Assembly: GCF_006345805.1 (NCBI RefSeq)
Contig: NC_043003.1
Span: 60,202,001-60,266,000, forward strand
Length of the DNA: 64,000 bases
Direction of reading: 5' to 3'
Source: Octopus sinensis
Taxonomy: Eukaryota
In this document: positions 51,831 through 64,000 of the stretch, piece by piece
Layout: each line of letters opens with the position of its first letter
Numbering within the stretch: the stretch's first letter is position 1
Notes under the pieces: generated by a model
Told to the model about the DNA's origin: nothing
Databases searched by the model: none
The model's input: only the letters and a program-made list of their open reading frames with translations
Program-made: the position numbers and the translations under genes

Positions 51831-52692
51831 GTAAATAGAGAGAGAGAGAGAAGAGATACATAGATAAATGTGTGTGTATGAGTGTGTGTGTATGTGTATA
51901 CATATACACGCGTATACATATATATATTTGTGTGTGTCTATATATATGTACGTATGTATGTATGTATATTTGTATGTATGTATGTATGTATGTATGTATG
52001 TATGGGCTTTTTATGTACGTATGTATCTATATACAATCTCTCCATGGAACCTGTTTGCTGCTGGCATCACCATGGTGTTGCAGCTGCCTGCATAATGGCT
52101 ATTATGTGTGTTTATATATTATATCCCTCCTAAATCTACAACCTCGCTACATTTAATAAACGACGCCCTAAAGTATGTAAACCTACACACATCTCAAATA
52201 TCTGTTCTACCAATGGTCACCTTGGACTAAACAACATTGATAACAACAAAAACAACGACAACAACAGCAACAACAACAACAACCTTATAGATGGTGCAAG
52301 GAATTTAAAATGTGATAGAAGATGAGAAAAGTATTCATTTCCATGTGTAAACTAAAGCTGGTTTATCTAAAACTTTATCACCCCTGACTCGAGTAATATA
52401 TACTAGGGAGTAATATATACTAGGGGTGTTGTATTTTAGGGTGATAACTCAAAGAATTATAGTTGTTCAGCTGTATTAATGTAGTACCAGAACTCTTCCC
52501 CATTTCCCTAAATATAATCGCCGTAGATTGCGCCAAACAAGGAAATCAATGTTTTATTCTACCATGATTCATTTAAAATTAGTCTTATTTTCTAAGGATT
52601 CATATACCATGTCATATTCCTGATGAGTTCTTCGGGGAAGTTTGATGACAGCCATCTGATGCCAAGTATTTACATATAGATGTATATATATA

Positions 52693-53141
52693 TATTATAC
52701 AATCCGTTCTGTCCGTCTCTGTGTGTCTTCTAGGATCTCGGGCATCCTCCATTCGATTGCGCTCAAATTTGATATGTAGATACCGACGGTATCAGGGCGT
52801 GTATAAGCCTTGAAAAAATTACAAAAATCGATTCCAGGTGAGAATGCAATCGGTAAAGCCGTGGGAACGTGCATTTGTACGTCCAAATACATCAGCTGTT
52901 GCGATGTACTTACTGGTACTTTAAACTCTTCGCTTGCATATTTGTGTGAATAAAATCGTTTTTCTTTGGAATAGAAAAAAGTCTATCTTTATTTCTTCTT
53001 TTGCTGGTGTCTCAAATTTAGATTAAAACGGTGTTTCTCAAAGGGGAGGCGTATGAGACGGTCGGACAAGTTTTTGAGAAAATTTGGTTTAAATGTTTGA
53101 CAACTCAGCACCGTCCATTAGACGGGGAGCGTTTTGCTCGT
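52693..53141 (+). mobile_element. Non-autonomous Helitron-like element
   Basis: 5' ctgtccgtct..gatctcggg..tcaaatttgatatgtag (DINE/HINE-like, from memory). 3' hairpin ccgtc-catta-gacgg (53111-25) lies 11 nt before CTCGT, a CTAGT-like end. TA-rich flanks. Confidence 0.5.
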
Positions 53142-53167
53142 ATATATATATATATATATGTATATAT

Positions 53168-53788
53168 ATGGGGATTGAACAAAATAATGGAAGCACCTAG
53201 CATCATAGCATTATAATTTTGAAATATCCATTCAACCATCAAAAGCTTGTTTATTTTTATGTTTTTTGATTTGTTATAAGTGTTGCTTAATATGTTTTGC
53301 TAAAATTGTTTCTTTTCAGATATCAGAAAAAGATAATTAAAATTCATTAAAATGACAGATCTATCGAACTTTGAAAGAGGTCAAATTGTTGGTGCTCGTA
53401 TGACAGGCACTAGCGTAACGAAAACAGTCGAAATGTTTGGTGTATCAAGAAGTACTGTCTCGAAATTAATTACAGCCTTCGTAACAAAACTCCGGAAATA
53501 AACCAAAACTTTCAGATAGGGACCGTCGGGCTATTACACGAATTGTTAGAAAGGACCACAAAAGTACAACTTCCAAAATTCCTGCAGAGCTTAACGACCA
53601 CCTCGAGAACCAAGTTTCCGCAAAAATTGTTCTCCGGGAGCTGCACAAAGCCAGATTTCACGGGAGGGCTGCAATCAGAAAACCACTAGTTTCAAAAGCA
53701 AATGTTGTATAGCGTTTAGAGTGGTAAAAGCCGACAGAATTTGTCACTAGAACAGTGAAAGTATGTTATTTTTTCGGACAAGTCATCC
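53168..53788 (+). pseudogene. Tc1-like transposon 5' half (TIR plus transposase N-terminus)
   Basis: TA|..ggggattgaacaaaataatggaagcacc is TIR-like. ATG at 53352: MTDLSNFERGQIVGARMTG..GVSRSTVSK / KLSDRDRR..RELHK..GRAAIRKPLVS..RLEW* / VIFSDKS. Truncated at the first catalytic D. Confidence 0.85.
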
Positions 53789-54318
53789 ATTGTATCATAA
53801 ACGTTCGCGTTCCTCTTCCATCTTTGCAAAATGGTTTTATAATAATTCACTCAATCGTCATATTAATGTCGATCTTTATATATATAGACTATTAAATCAG
53901 AACAAACATCATTATAATCACTATCGTCATCAACAAAGGATTTGACATCATTAAAGCGATGAATTCATAGAATCGTAAAAGCGTCGATGTGAATAACTTG
54001 CGGTATATGTTTTGGCTATCAAGGATTTGATTTCAGATCCCACTGTAGTCAGGGCAGTAATTTCATAGGAATCGATAAATAAAGTATCCGTTGCAATACT
54101 GCAGTACATATTTATTCTCTCTCTTTCACAATGTGTTGTACCTGCAATTCAAAGATTCAACCTTGGTATTGAGTATTTTTTTCCGACGGTTAATACTAAA
54201 CGCGCACATGTGTGTGTATCTGTGTGTGTGTGTGTGTGCACATGTGTCTGTATCAATGTAGAGTGTATTCAATTAAGCGTATACATTGGAAAGAGAAAAT
54301 ATACGACCACATAGAATG

Positions 54319-54366
<48 letters not shown>

Positions 54367-54583
54367 GTGAGTACGTTTGTGTTTGTCTGTTTCTCCGTGA
54401 CCACCGCTTCACAACCGGTGTTGGTATGTTTATGTCCCCGTAACTTAGTAGTTTGGCAAAAGAGACCGATAGAATAAGTACCATGCTGGTTTACTAAGCA
54501 AGGACAGCACTTTTTAAGGGGAAGGCATTAGTCGATATCATAAGCACCAGTGCTTGACTGGCGCTTCATTGCCCCATGTTGGG

Positions 54584-54754
54584 AGGCGTAGTAGTGGCTG
54601 TGTGGTAAGTAGCTTGCTTACGAACCACATGGTTCCGGGTTCAGTTCCACTGCGTTGTACCATGGGCAAGTGTCTTCTACTATAACCTCGAGCCAGCCAA
54701 AGCCTTGTGAGTGGATTTAGTAGACAGAAACTGAAAAGAAGCGTCCTATGTATG

Positions 54755-54803
<49 letters not shown>

Positions 54804-55012
54804 TTGTATGTCTGTGTTTGTCTCCCCAACATCGCTTGACAACCGATGCTGGCGCGTTTACGTCACCGTAACTTTGCGGTTCGGCAAATGAGAGCGATAG
54901 AATAAGTACTGGGCTTACAAGGAGCAAGTCCTGAGGTTGATTTGCTCGACTAAAGGTGGTGCTCCAGCATGGCCGCAGTCAAATGACTGAAACAATTAAA
55001 AGAGTAAAAGAG
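54584..55012 (+). mobile_element. SINE family B, full length
   Basis: Complete head, body and tail ending aaagagtaaaagag. Confidence 0.92.
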
Positions 55013-55988
55013 AGGGATTGAACTAATAATGTCAAGTGCTGGGAGATATATCAGAGAACAATCAGAGAACATTCTTCTCCGCTGCCCTAATGATTCTACC
55101 AAATAACCGCCTTTGAAACAAGCAATACCTATTGTTATAAGTGGAGTGGGGTTGTCAGTGTTAAATATCCTACGAGGTTTATGTCAGAGATTGGTATCTA
55201 ATCATGAAAGAACGTTACTCTCATTAATGTAACGCAATGAAAATCAGTCTATTATACATTTTTAAAGATTTTTTTTTTATTACATGTTACCGAAATCAAC
55301 TTTGATCATTTCTGGATCGATAAGATATATATCAGTTTGTTGTGTGGACGCCCCCAGAGGATGAAGTAGGCTAACCCAATACGTAGATATAGGGGGAGAA
55401 GTCTAGACGTCGGCAGTTGAGTAGAGGTCATCGGAACGTGCGATATAACACAGTTGAGGACTGATCGATGAAATTAATTATATCATTCCTCTTTAAATAA
55501 TGGTTTATAAACTTTGGAATATACAGTATATTCCAAAATTTATAAACCATTATTTATTATCTTGACCATTGCCTGATGAAGTGCATATCGGACTGTGTTT
55601 TAAGTCGCATGACAGAATATGTTTTCTTTTCTTATGTGAAGAGGTATCTAAACCCATTGCTCAACCCTATTGAATTCCAGAAGACTGACGTTCTGGAAAG
55701 GATGGTGTAGCTGAATTGGTCGGTGACAAACTTGGAGTAGGACTGACAGAATATGGATGACGAGAGAAGGGAAGATGAATATATTAGGAGTGTCTGTATG
55801 GTGTTAGTACGACACAAATCAGCTGCGGGAAAGGGCGGCCTTGACAATATTGCATGTGGGGAAAAAACGTGGAGTTGGTGAGATACTTCATAGGAATACA
55901 TCAGGCAGTCATTATGCGGAGTGGCGAGATGTAATCTTATGTTAAAAGATTTAAGAGAATATTTTTTTCTCTAATATCGTTAAATATC

Positions 55989-56360
55989 TGTAGGCGCAGG
56001 AGTGACTGTGTGGTAAGTAGCTTGGGCAAGTGTCTTCTACTATAGCCTCGGGCCGACCAAAGCCTTGTGAGTGGATTTGGTTGACGGAAACTGAATGCTC
56101 GTTGTATATATGTATGCATGTATATATATGCCTGTGTGCGTGTGTGTCTGTGTTTGTCCCCCAGCATCGCTTGACAACCGATGCTGGTGTGTTTACGTCC
56201 CCGTAACTTAGCGGTTCGGCAAGAGAGACCGATAGAATAAGTACTAGGCTTACAAAGAAAAAGTCCTGAGGTCGATTTGCTCGACTAAAGGGCGGTGCTC
56301 CAGCCTGGCCACAATGATATGATTGAAACGAGTAAAAGAGTAAAAGAGTAAAGAGTAAAT
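55989..56360 (+). mobile_element. SINE family B with internal deletion
   Basis: ggcgcaggagtgactgtgtggtaagtagcttgggcaagtg (B-box region lost)..(aaagagta)n. Confidence 0.88.
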
Positions 56361-56823
56361 ATTACGAGTCACAAGGCTCAAGATACATACAGAAAATGTA
56401 AAACTGTGTCAAAGGAAAGATCGGTGAGATAACTGACATGAAACAGCATCAGCCAATAATATAATAGTGGAAACCATGTGACGTTGGGTCTGACCACAAT
56501 GAAATACACCCCCTCTCCCCATCTCATAATATACCCACGGTTGTTAATAAACATTTGTGAGATGTTACGTCAGCCCCCATTGCCACATGAGGTATGCTAG
56601 TAATCTCAGTCGGAATGTGAATCTTCCATACCTGCTGAAACCCATTTTAGTTCATTTAAATGGCTAAAGCCTTCGGGAAGGTAACAACCCAACAGCGTCT
56701 CTCACTTTTTTCTCATACACACATACAAACGTGCATATATGCATAAACACACACATACAACACACACGCACACTTACACAATATATATGTATGTATGTAC
56801 ATATAAGTATGCATATATATATT

Positions 56824-56886
<63 letters not shown>

Positions 56887-57179
56887 GTATGTATGTATTA
56901 TGTATGTATGTATGTATGTATGTATGTATGTATGTATGTATATCAAGGGGAAGTGAGGGTAAATGCTTTGTCTGTCGGAAGGAAACTAATAGCTTTGAAA
57001 TATTTGTGATGCGATGCATAATTCAAGAGAAATGTCAATTTAAAAATTCGATAACTATGGAATGAAAGAAAAATAAAGCAAAAAATATGAAGAGAAGTAT
57101 AGGAAAACTGAATTTCGGGGGAAATAGATAAATAAACAAACAAATAAACAAATATTAGAGACAAGTGAATAACTGTGGA

Positions 57180-57825
57180 GAAGAAGAAGAAGACGAAGAA
57201 GAAGAAGACGAAAAGAAGAAGATGAAAAAGAAGATGATGATGATCACGACGACGACGAAAAGGGAGTGGTATTAGCAGCAGTAGCAGCAGCTGCAGCAGC
57301 AGTAGCACCAGTAGCAGCAGCAGTAGTAGATGTAGAAGAAGAAGAAGATGATGATGATGATGATGATGATGATGATCACGACGACGACAAAGGAGTAGTA
57401 TTAGCAGTAGTAGCAACAGCACAGGCAGTTGCAGCATCAGCAGCAGTAGCACCAGTAGCAGCAGCTTTAGAAAAAGAAGAAGATGATGGAGAAGGAGAAG
57501 AAGGAGAACAAGACGAAGAAGGAGAAGAAGAGGAAGGTGAAGAAGAAGAAGAAGAAGACGAAGAAGAAGAGAAAGGTGAAGAAGAAGAGGACGAAGAAGA
57601 AGGAGAAGAAGAGGAAGGTGAAGAAGAAGAGGAAGGAGAATATGAAGGGGAAGGAGAAGAAGAAGAAGAAGAAGAAGAAGAAGAAGAAGAAGAAGAGAGA
57701 AAGGTGAAGAAGAAGAGGACGAAGAAGAAGGAGAAGAAGAGGAAGGTGAAGAAGAAGAGGAAGGAGAATATGAAGGGGAAGGAGAAGAAGAAGAAGAAGA
57801 AGAAATTACAAACGAAATGCATTAA
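57180..57825. repeat. (GAA)/(GAT)/(GCA)n compound microsatellite with internal block duplications
   Basis: The gatcacgacgacgac..gcaccagtagcagcagc block and the gaaggagaatatgaaggggaagg block each occur twice. Confidence 0.9.
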
Positions 57826-59934
57826 TGAAAGAAAGAATAGAATTATTTGAAAATCTACCGCAAACAGAACCGTTGGCAGTTTTCTTGTGGCCTTGAATAA
57901 GCTACTTGCCTGCGGTAAGTAGGCTGAGGGCAATTATCTCTACCTTTATATGGCATAACAAGACTCGCTACTTTATAGCTGATGATTCTACATAAGCTTC
58001 TTAACACCTTACTAAATCTAAGAAATCCCTTGCAATAGAACGTGTCAGAACCTCTACAAAACACGCACGTTTCTTTCAGTCAGTTTTCCCATTGAAAAGC
58101 AAAGGACGTCTAGTGCACGCATTCTCACCACAAGTCGGCTTACCGAGCAGAGAATAAAGCTGACAGGATACCTTATCATGTGAAAGTTCTTTTAAGTAGA
58201 AAGAAAGAGGAGGAAGTATGGCGAGCAATGCGAAAGATAGAGAGAGAATTGTAAGGGGAGAAAAGGGAATTTTATGCGAGAGCAGTAAAGAATAGTGGTA
58301 GAGGGGGTAGGACTTTAAAGAAATATATTAAAAGATATTAAAAGTATTAAAGGAAATAAGAGTAATCTTAAGTCAGGGAAAGGTTTGAGTTAATAGTGTG
58401 AGAACAGTGAAAGAAATACGGGGTGAGAGAAATTAGAAAGTAAAATAATGTGTGAGAGAGAGAGGGGGCGAGAGAGAGAGAGAGAGAGAGAGAGCATTTG
58501 TGTGTATGTGTGCGTTGGGAGAGACATTTGAAGCAAGGGAAATATAGACAGATTCGCTACAATTTGCTTCAACAAATATCAAAGGAAAGACGAAAGCAAA
58601 TAATTGTGAGTGAGCTTTGAAAAATATATAAAATAAAATTATAGGAATGAAAATTATGAATAAATAAACTAATTGAAGCAGAAGAAAAAAATTCTTAAAA
58701 ATCAGAGAAAAAGTAAATAAATTGACAAAATGAGGTGGCTTATGTTGATTAAAACAGTTTATTTTGTTTTGTACTTCGAATATTCGTGAAAATTATTGGT
58801 GTTTTAACTGAACCTTTACAACTGCGTTAATTTGAGGTAATTATTATAAAAAGTAGTGTTTTTTCTTTTTTTCATGTTAATTTCAAATAGATGTTAATAT
58901 TTTGTATTTAGTTTTGACTTATATTTGTAGTTGATATTTATTTCTCAAATTTTTTTAAAGTTATTTTTTATACGAATGCGTGGAGATTTTCTTTTAGAAA
59001 GAAAAAACTATATAAATAGATTTTGGCGGGTTAAAGCGATAAATACAATAATCGGCTTTTAGCAATCAGTGGAAATGGTGTTTAAATTTTGTTCAAGTTT
59101 TAAAAAAGAAAAAATAATAATAATTAAGAAAAATAGACGTTAAAATGTCTTAATTAAAAATGGGACATTTATTTCATAGGAAGTTGTAGATAGCTAATCA
59201 AGGATAATTAGTGCTGATTTTGTTTTTAATGATTCAAATTCTATAAACATTCAGGAAAAAACATCCAACCCCTTAATTCGTTAATTGCTAAATTGATTCC
59301 ATTCGTCTTTTTACATATTGTAAAGCCATTCAGGTAGTTAAGTGTAAATTTTCATAGCAGTTGGATTTGTTTTAATTTCTTTTATTGCCTTCATATATGA
59401 ACTGCAAATTAGTAAGTGATTTGAAATGTAAACGTTTCTGAATGACAAATCTGTAGAGTGAGGAATCATATATTTGTACATTGATATTTTTATAAAGAGA
59501 AAAAGACAAACACGATATCCAGTTTGTCCGCGCTCCAGCTTAAGTTTTAGCTAACATTTTGCACCAAATAAACTTTATCTTGCGAATTTTAAATCTCATT
59601 TTACGAAAAGCATGACTAGTTTTGTATGAGCAGATATGATTCGAGGATCACGTGACATTTGAAAGTCTGAAATATGTCGTCGTCGACGGCGGCGGCGGCG
59701 TTTTATCGTGTGTCCGATAAATTATTTGGCCTCTTCTTGACCACTTCTTCCCCTCAGTTCGTGTTTATGCCTCTAATGACTAATGACGCTGATTCTTGCA
59801 TCGAGATATCTGTTGCAAAGTTTACAAGGGATCTATGGTGGAAACTTTGGCTGTTGCAACCTCTATTTTCTTTCATCAAATCTCAGGACAGGCCCAGCTG
59901 ACATCATTCCATCTTCACCGTGACAAATCATTTT

Positions 59935-60032
59935 GAAACGTTGTGGTAACAACAAACAAGATGAAGACACATATCCGTCCAGTGTTAATAATATAAATAA
60001 TGTACAGAATTCTTCATCTCTAAAATATAGAA
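59935..60032 (+). mobile_element. 3' half of the 23.8-kb hammerhead element family
   Basis: GAAACGTTGTGgtaacaacaaacaagatgaagacacatatccgtc..aatgtacagaattcttcatctctaaaatatagaa is homologous to the minus strand of 23721-23812. The CUGANGA half is absent. Confidence 0.7.
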
Positions 60033-61075
60033 TAGTAAAATAATATATATATATATATGTGTGTGTGTGTATGTATGTATATAACAAAGGAGGTGTAAAC
60101 CGCAATGAAAAACACCAATTACGGCCAAATTGTAATAGTAGAAATACTTATGATACAGCTAACACACTAACAACGTCGGTAAATGGAACTTGTTGTGAAT
60201 AATTGTAGTAATACGTATGCAACACAGCCTGTGTCTAAAATATCAATAACGATATTATTCTCGATATCAAGACATAAAAACCATAGGGTGTTGATAAATA
60301 ATTCAGTGACAAATATCTTATAAGTAGCTGAATTCTACAAAAGAATATTGACTTAGATAAGATTTGCTAACAACTTACTTGTACAAATACAGCCAATCGA
60401 AAGCTTCCCAAACCGGAACAAGACCTCAGTAGGTTTCAGAGATCATTAGGAGATTGCCTGCACCATTAAGGGGCGATCCCTATCGACGGCTTTAGAGAGC
60501 ACTGCCTTCCTTTACTGATGCATAACCCTGTCTACTGCATCGTTTGCTTAAGTGGAGCTTCACATGGAATATTTATCGATCCACTGAAATTTGATCCTGC
60601 GATTATTTGCTTCGTGTTTGATGATCAGTTGACTTAAACTGCTTCATTTTCTTTCTCCGACGCCAGTAGGTTTCAGGAGTCGTCGTAATGAGAGGATGCG
60701 TACTGTTTAAGTCCTCGTCACAGACACTTTGCTCTGAATATCCCAAACTTTTCTTTTCATTTCGATATCTTTCAATATGTCTGTAGTTCAGAGTTTGGTG
60801 AAGATCTTGCGGTTTTCCCCTTGCTGATCAAATGGCCGTGTACAAAATCCGCAGTTTTGTAAGATTTCGTGATAGTAATGTGCGATACCGGAATGAACAT
60901 ACAGTTAATTTTATTGATTTCTATTCGTACTCTTGCTTCACTTGACTATTGGCATTCAAACAGATTTCCGATAAAAACTTCTAGAAAACACATAATCATA
61001 TTTTCAGCTATATAAAAAAGTTATTTGAGTTAGAAAATTACTATTTTTAAATTAGTATAAATTGTTTGCCAAGAA

Positions 61076-61254
61076 AACATGGCAGCCTGGTTTAGGACTA
61101 ATGTTGCTGTAATTTAGCCCCAGGAGAATCGTCTCCAGCTGGCTATACGAGACAAATGATATAGGACACTGATCGTGTCGTATAGCCAGCTGGAGACGAT
61201 GTTTCCTGGGGCTAAATTACAGCAACATTAGTCCTAAACCAGGACTGCCATGTT
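61076..61254. mobile_element. 179-bp near-perfect hairpin MITE
   Basis: aacatggcag(t)cctggtttaggactaatgttgctgtaatttagccccagga..atcgtctccagctggctatacga is mirrored at 61178-61254 around a ~27-nt centre. Confidence 0.85.
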
Positions 61255-61456
61255 ATGTTGGCAAATAAACTTTACTACAAATTATTTGAGGTTCTAAATT
61301 TAGATTAATAAGCGGTATATCAAGCGTTAAAAACTTCAGGCTTTTCCTAGCATACAGGGGGAAAATATTCGAAGAATTCATAGACAATTTAAGAACGTTA
61401 GCCACAAATAAATACTTCAAGGTATTAGATAATCTTGAATTGTGTGTGTATGTGTT

Positions 61457-61515
<59 letters not shown>

Positions 61516-61815
61516 GTGCACGTGTGCGTCGAACACTTATCAAACTGTATTAATATATGTTGTACTTGGTGAACATTGAAATCGTCATTTTCACTATCCC
61601 AGCAAGCACATTTTTTATTCATTATATTGTCCATGTTACTTGGGTGGAACAATTCCACATAGGACTTCTACTTTTGCACGCACTATTTTCACGGGAGTTT
61701 TTTCTCGGAGTTTTTGTTGAAGTTCACCAAGGCAGAAGATATACAAAAGTACATTCCGAAGAATGCATATCTGTAAACATACTAAATATATTTTATATGT
61801 ATGTCTCTCTCATCG

Positions 61816-61884
<69 letters not shown>

Positions 61885-62159
61885 GACTACGTTTTAAAAT
61901 TAAATAAAAGCGATTGCTGCGGGATTATGTGGGATATGCTGTCCTGTGGTATGGAACTAATGATCACGTGTTTACGGAGGAAACTTCTTAATTGCAGAAC
62001 CAGACATGTATTAGAGTTTTGTATTATCTGATTAGTGAAATATTTATGAGATCATCGCTACGTATTGTATATCTAGCAGATTAACTCACAGTATCTCTCA
62101 CTAATCCCCAACTACTGGTATGACAATTACAGTTTTTCTCAGCTCTGACAATCTAATTG

Positions 62160-62535
62160 CAGCCATGACTGTGTGGTAAGGAGCTTGCTTCCCGACGTCA
62201 TGTTTCCAGGTTCAGTCCCACTGCGTGGCACCTTGTGTGAGTGTCTTCTACTACAGCATCGGGCCGACCAAAGCTGAGTGGAGTTGGTAGGAAATGGAAA
62301 GGAGCACGTCGTATATATATATATACAAATACAACCACACACACACACACACACATATATATGTATATATATATGCTTGTGTGTCTGTGTTTGTCCCTTC
62401 ACCATCGCTTGACAACCGATGCTGGTGTGTTTATGTCCCCGTAACTAGCTGTTCGGCTTACAAAGAATAGATCCTGGGGTCAAATTGTTCAACTAAAGGC
62501 GGGGCTTCAGAATGGCCGCAAAGAAGGAATAAAAG
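62160..62535 (+). mobile_element. SINE family B
   Basis: gactgtgtggtaag..ggttcagtcccactgcgtggcacc..catcgcttgacaaccgatgctgg..ggcggggcttcagaatggccgc. Confidence 0.85.
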
Positions 62536-62589
62536 AATATTAAGTGGTTAGACCGTTGAACTGTACTTATTTGATATTTCTACGCGGAA

Positions 62590-62815
62590 AGGCAGCGAAT
62601 TAGCAGCATCGCTGGCACGCCGGGCGAAAGGATTTGCGGTATTTCGTTCGTCTTTGCATTTTAAGTTCAAATTCTGCCGAGGTCGACTTTGTTATTCATC
62701 ATTTCGGGGTCGGTAGGATAAGTACCAACTGAGGACTGGGATTCGATTTAAACAACATCCCCCTCCCTCATTCCGAATTTTCTGGGTTTGATCCAAAATT
62801 TAAACCAATATTTCT
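62590..62815 (+). mobile_element. SINE family A
   Basis: ggcacgccgggcgaaa..gttcaaattctgccgaggtcgactttg..ttcatcatttcggggtcg. Confidence 0.8.
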
Positions 62816-63099
62816 ATGCGTAAGGGAAAGCATAGTTACGTAGTTAAGAAGCTCACTTTGCAATACCTCGTCAGGAGGGTTCAATCCCACTGCGTGATAC
62901 CTTGTCCTATAGGGAATTTGGTGGGTGGAAAATGTGCTGAAACCCGCCGTATATATATATGTGTGTGTGTGAGTGTGTGTGTGTATAATCAAAGTACAGA
63001 AATGGTGTATTCCGAATGAACTAGGTAATGTAATCTGATGGTAGAAAGAATTCCGTGAATTAGAAACTCCAAAGTCAGTGAGAAGGCCATATATGTGTG

Positions 63100-63486
63100 T
63101 GTTTATGCCCAGAGAGCATGGAGCACTATCCGAAAGTTTATGCAGCAGCAGAGCAGCGGAAAACCCAGCGTCATACAGGCGTGTGATAGGCTAGACAACG
63201 AAATGAATGAAATCCGCCGAAAGAAGATGCATCAGCCGACAATTTTTGAGAGCTTCGGGATTAACTAAAAGCAATCTGAACTTAATAAACTTGGATGTCT
63301 TCTTTTTACCATTGCATTGAACTTCTTATTGGCCTTACTTCCTACCCTATGAATTTTTATTCGTATGTTCAGTAAATTTTTGGTTATGTAGTGTTTAGAT
63401 AACAGACCCTCGGTACTATGCCACTCTCGGTACTATGCCACTTTGGCTCAGTCCCGCAGGGTGACATAGTAGCGAGAGTTGACTGT
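63100..63486 (+). mobile_element. pogo/Tigger-like DNA transposon 3' end
   Basis: VIQACDRLDNEMNEIRRKKMHQPTIFESF resembles the Tigger-type C-terminus. It ends gcgagagttgactg|TA (CAGTC.. type TIR) with a subterminal 17-bp tandem ctcggtactatgccact x2. Confidence 0.55.
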
Positions 63487-63489
63487 ATA

Positions 63490-63770
63490 GCCTCAGGCTG
63501 ACCACAGTCTCGTGAATGGATTTGGAAGATGGAAACTGAAAGAAACCTGTACTATATGTGCATATCTATATTTGTCCCCCACCACTACTTGACAACCTGT
63601 GTTTGAACATTTATATCCCCGTAATTTCTTTAAAAGTTATCGATAGAACAAGTACCAAGCTTTAAAAAGACATTATAATGAGTGGGGTCGATTCGTTTGA
63701 AAGAAAATTCTTCAAGGTGGTGTATAGCAGCACACTAATGACTGAAACAAGAGAAAGATATAAACCGATA
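63490..63770 (+). mobile_element. SINE family B, decayed
   Basis: tagcctcaggctgacc..ggaaactgaaagaa..ttgacaacc..gatagaacaagtacc..aatgactgaaacaag. Confidence 0.65.
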
Positions 63771-64000
63771 AAGAAACAATCTCTGATTCATGAAACCTCT
63801 AATATTTCGTTATTCGTTAGTATAAGCTCTAAGGCCGGTAAAGTGCGAACATGTCATAAACTGCTTTAACTGTTGTTAACAGCATCCTACCACAGTTGCT
63901 ACAGACGCTACACCTGCTGCTGCTGCTGTTGCTGCTGCTGCTGTTGCTGCTGCTGCTGTTGCTGCTGCTGCTACTATTTTACTCTTCCTATTACTGCAAT

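Noticed and set aside
52615-52660. CTGATGAgttcttcgggga
   Set aside because: No GAAA or stem III downstream.
57266-57850. 194-aa acidic ORF (poly-E/D/K)
   Set aside because: Entirely a GAA/GAT/GCA microsatellite mosaic with open frames on both strands, a GTG start and no splice context.
59640-59720. Putative promoter or enhancer (CACGTG E-box, short CpG-rich run)
   Set aside because: A single hexamer and a (GGC)/(GTC) microsatellite are expected by chance.

Overview
AT-rich, repeat-saturated animal genomic DNA. The SINE families and microsatellite load look like an Octopus-type cephalopod genome, which is an inference from remembered repeat families and not from a database hit. I find no convincing host protein-coding exon; almost every ORF in the track is a stop-free microsatellite or a transposon remnant. 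Ordinary content: three tRNA-derived SINE families (about 30 copies), a CR1/L2-type LINE with a YADD motif, RTE and R4/Dong-like fragments, decayed mariner/Tc1/pogo pieces, MITE-like palindromes and a Helitron-like element. The notable content is a set of small non-coding mobile elements carrying Type I hammerhead ribozyme (HHR) folds: ten complete-topology motifs plus two halves, in six sequence families. They include a 470-472 bp tandem array with one HHR per unit (retrozyme-like, 28861-29964), a 555 bp-period unit rearranged into a head-to-head inversion (44338-45531), an 801 bp palindrome with a textbook minimal HHR in each arm (45556-46356), an HHR with the compensatory G3:C8 core (28208-28254), and a tRNA-headed SINE carrying an HHR (23721-24052). 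Most of these elements end in (TA)n tracts at short TA/TATA microhomologies. All folds were assigned by eye; cleavage activity is untested.
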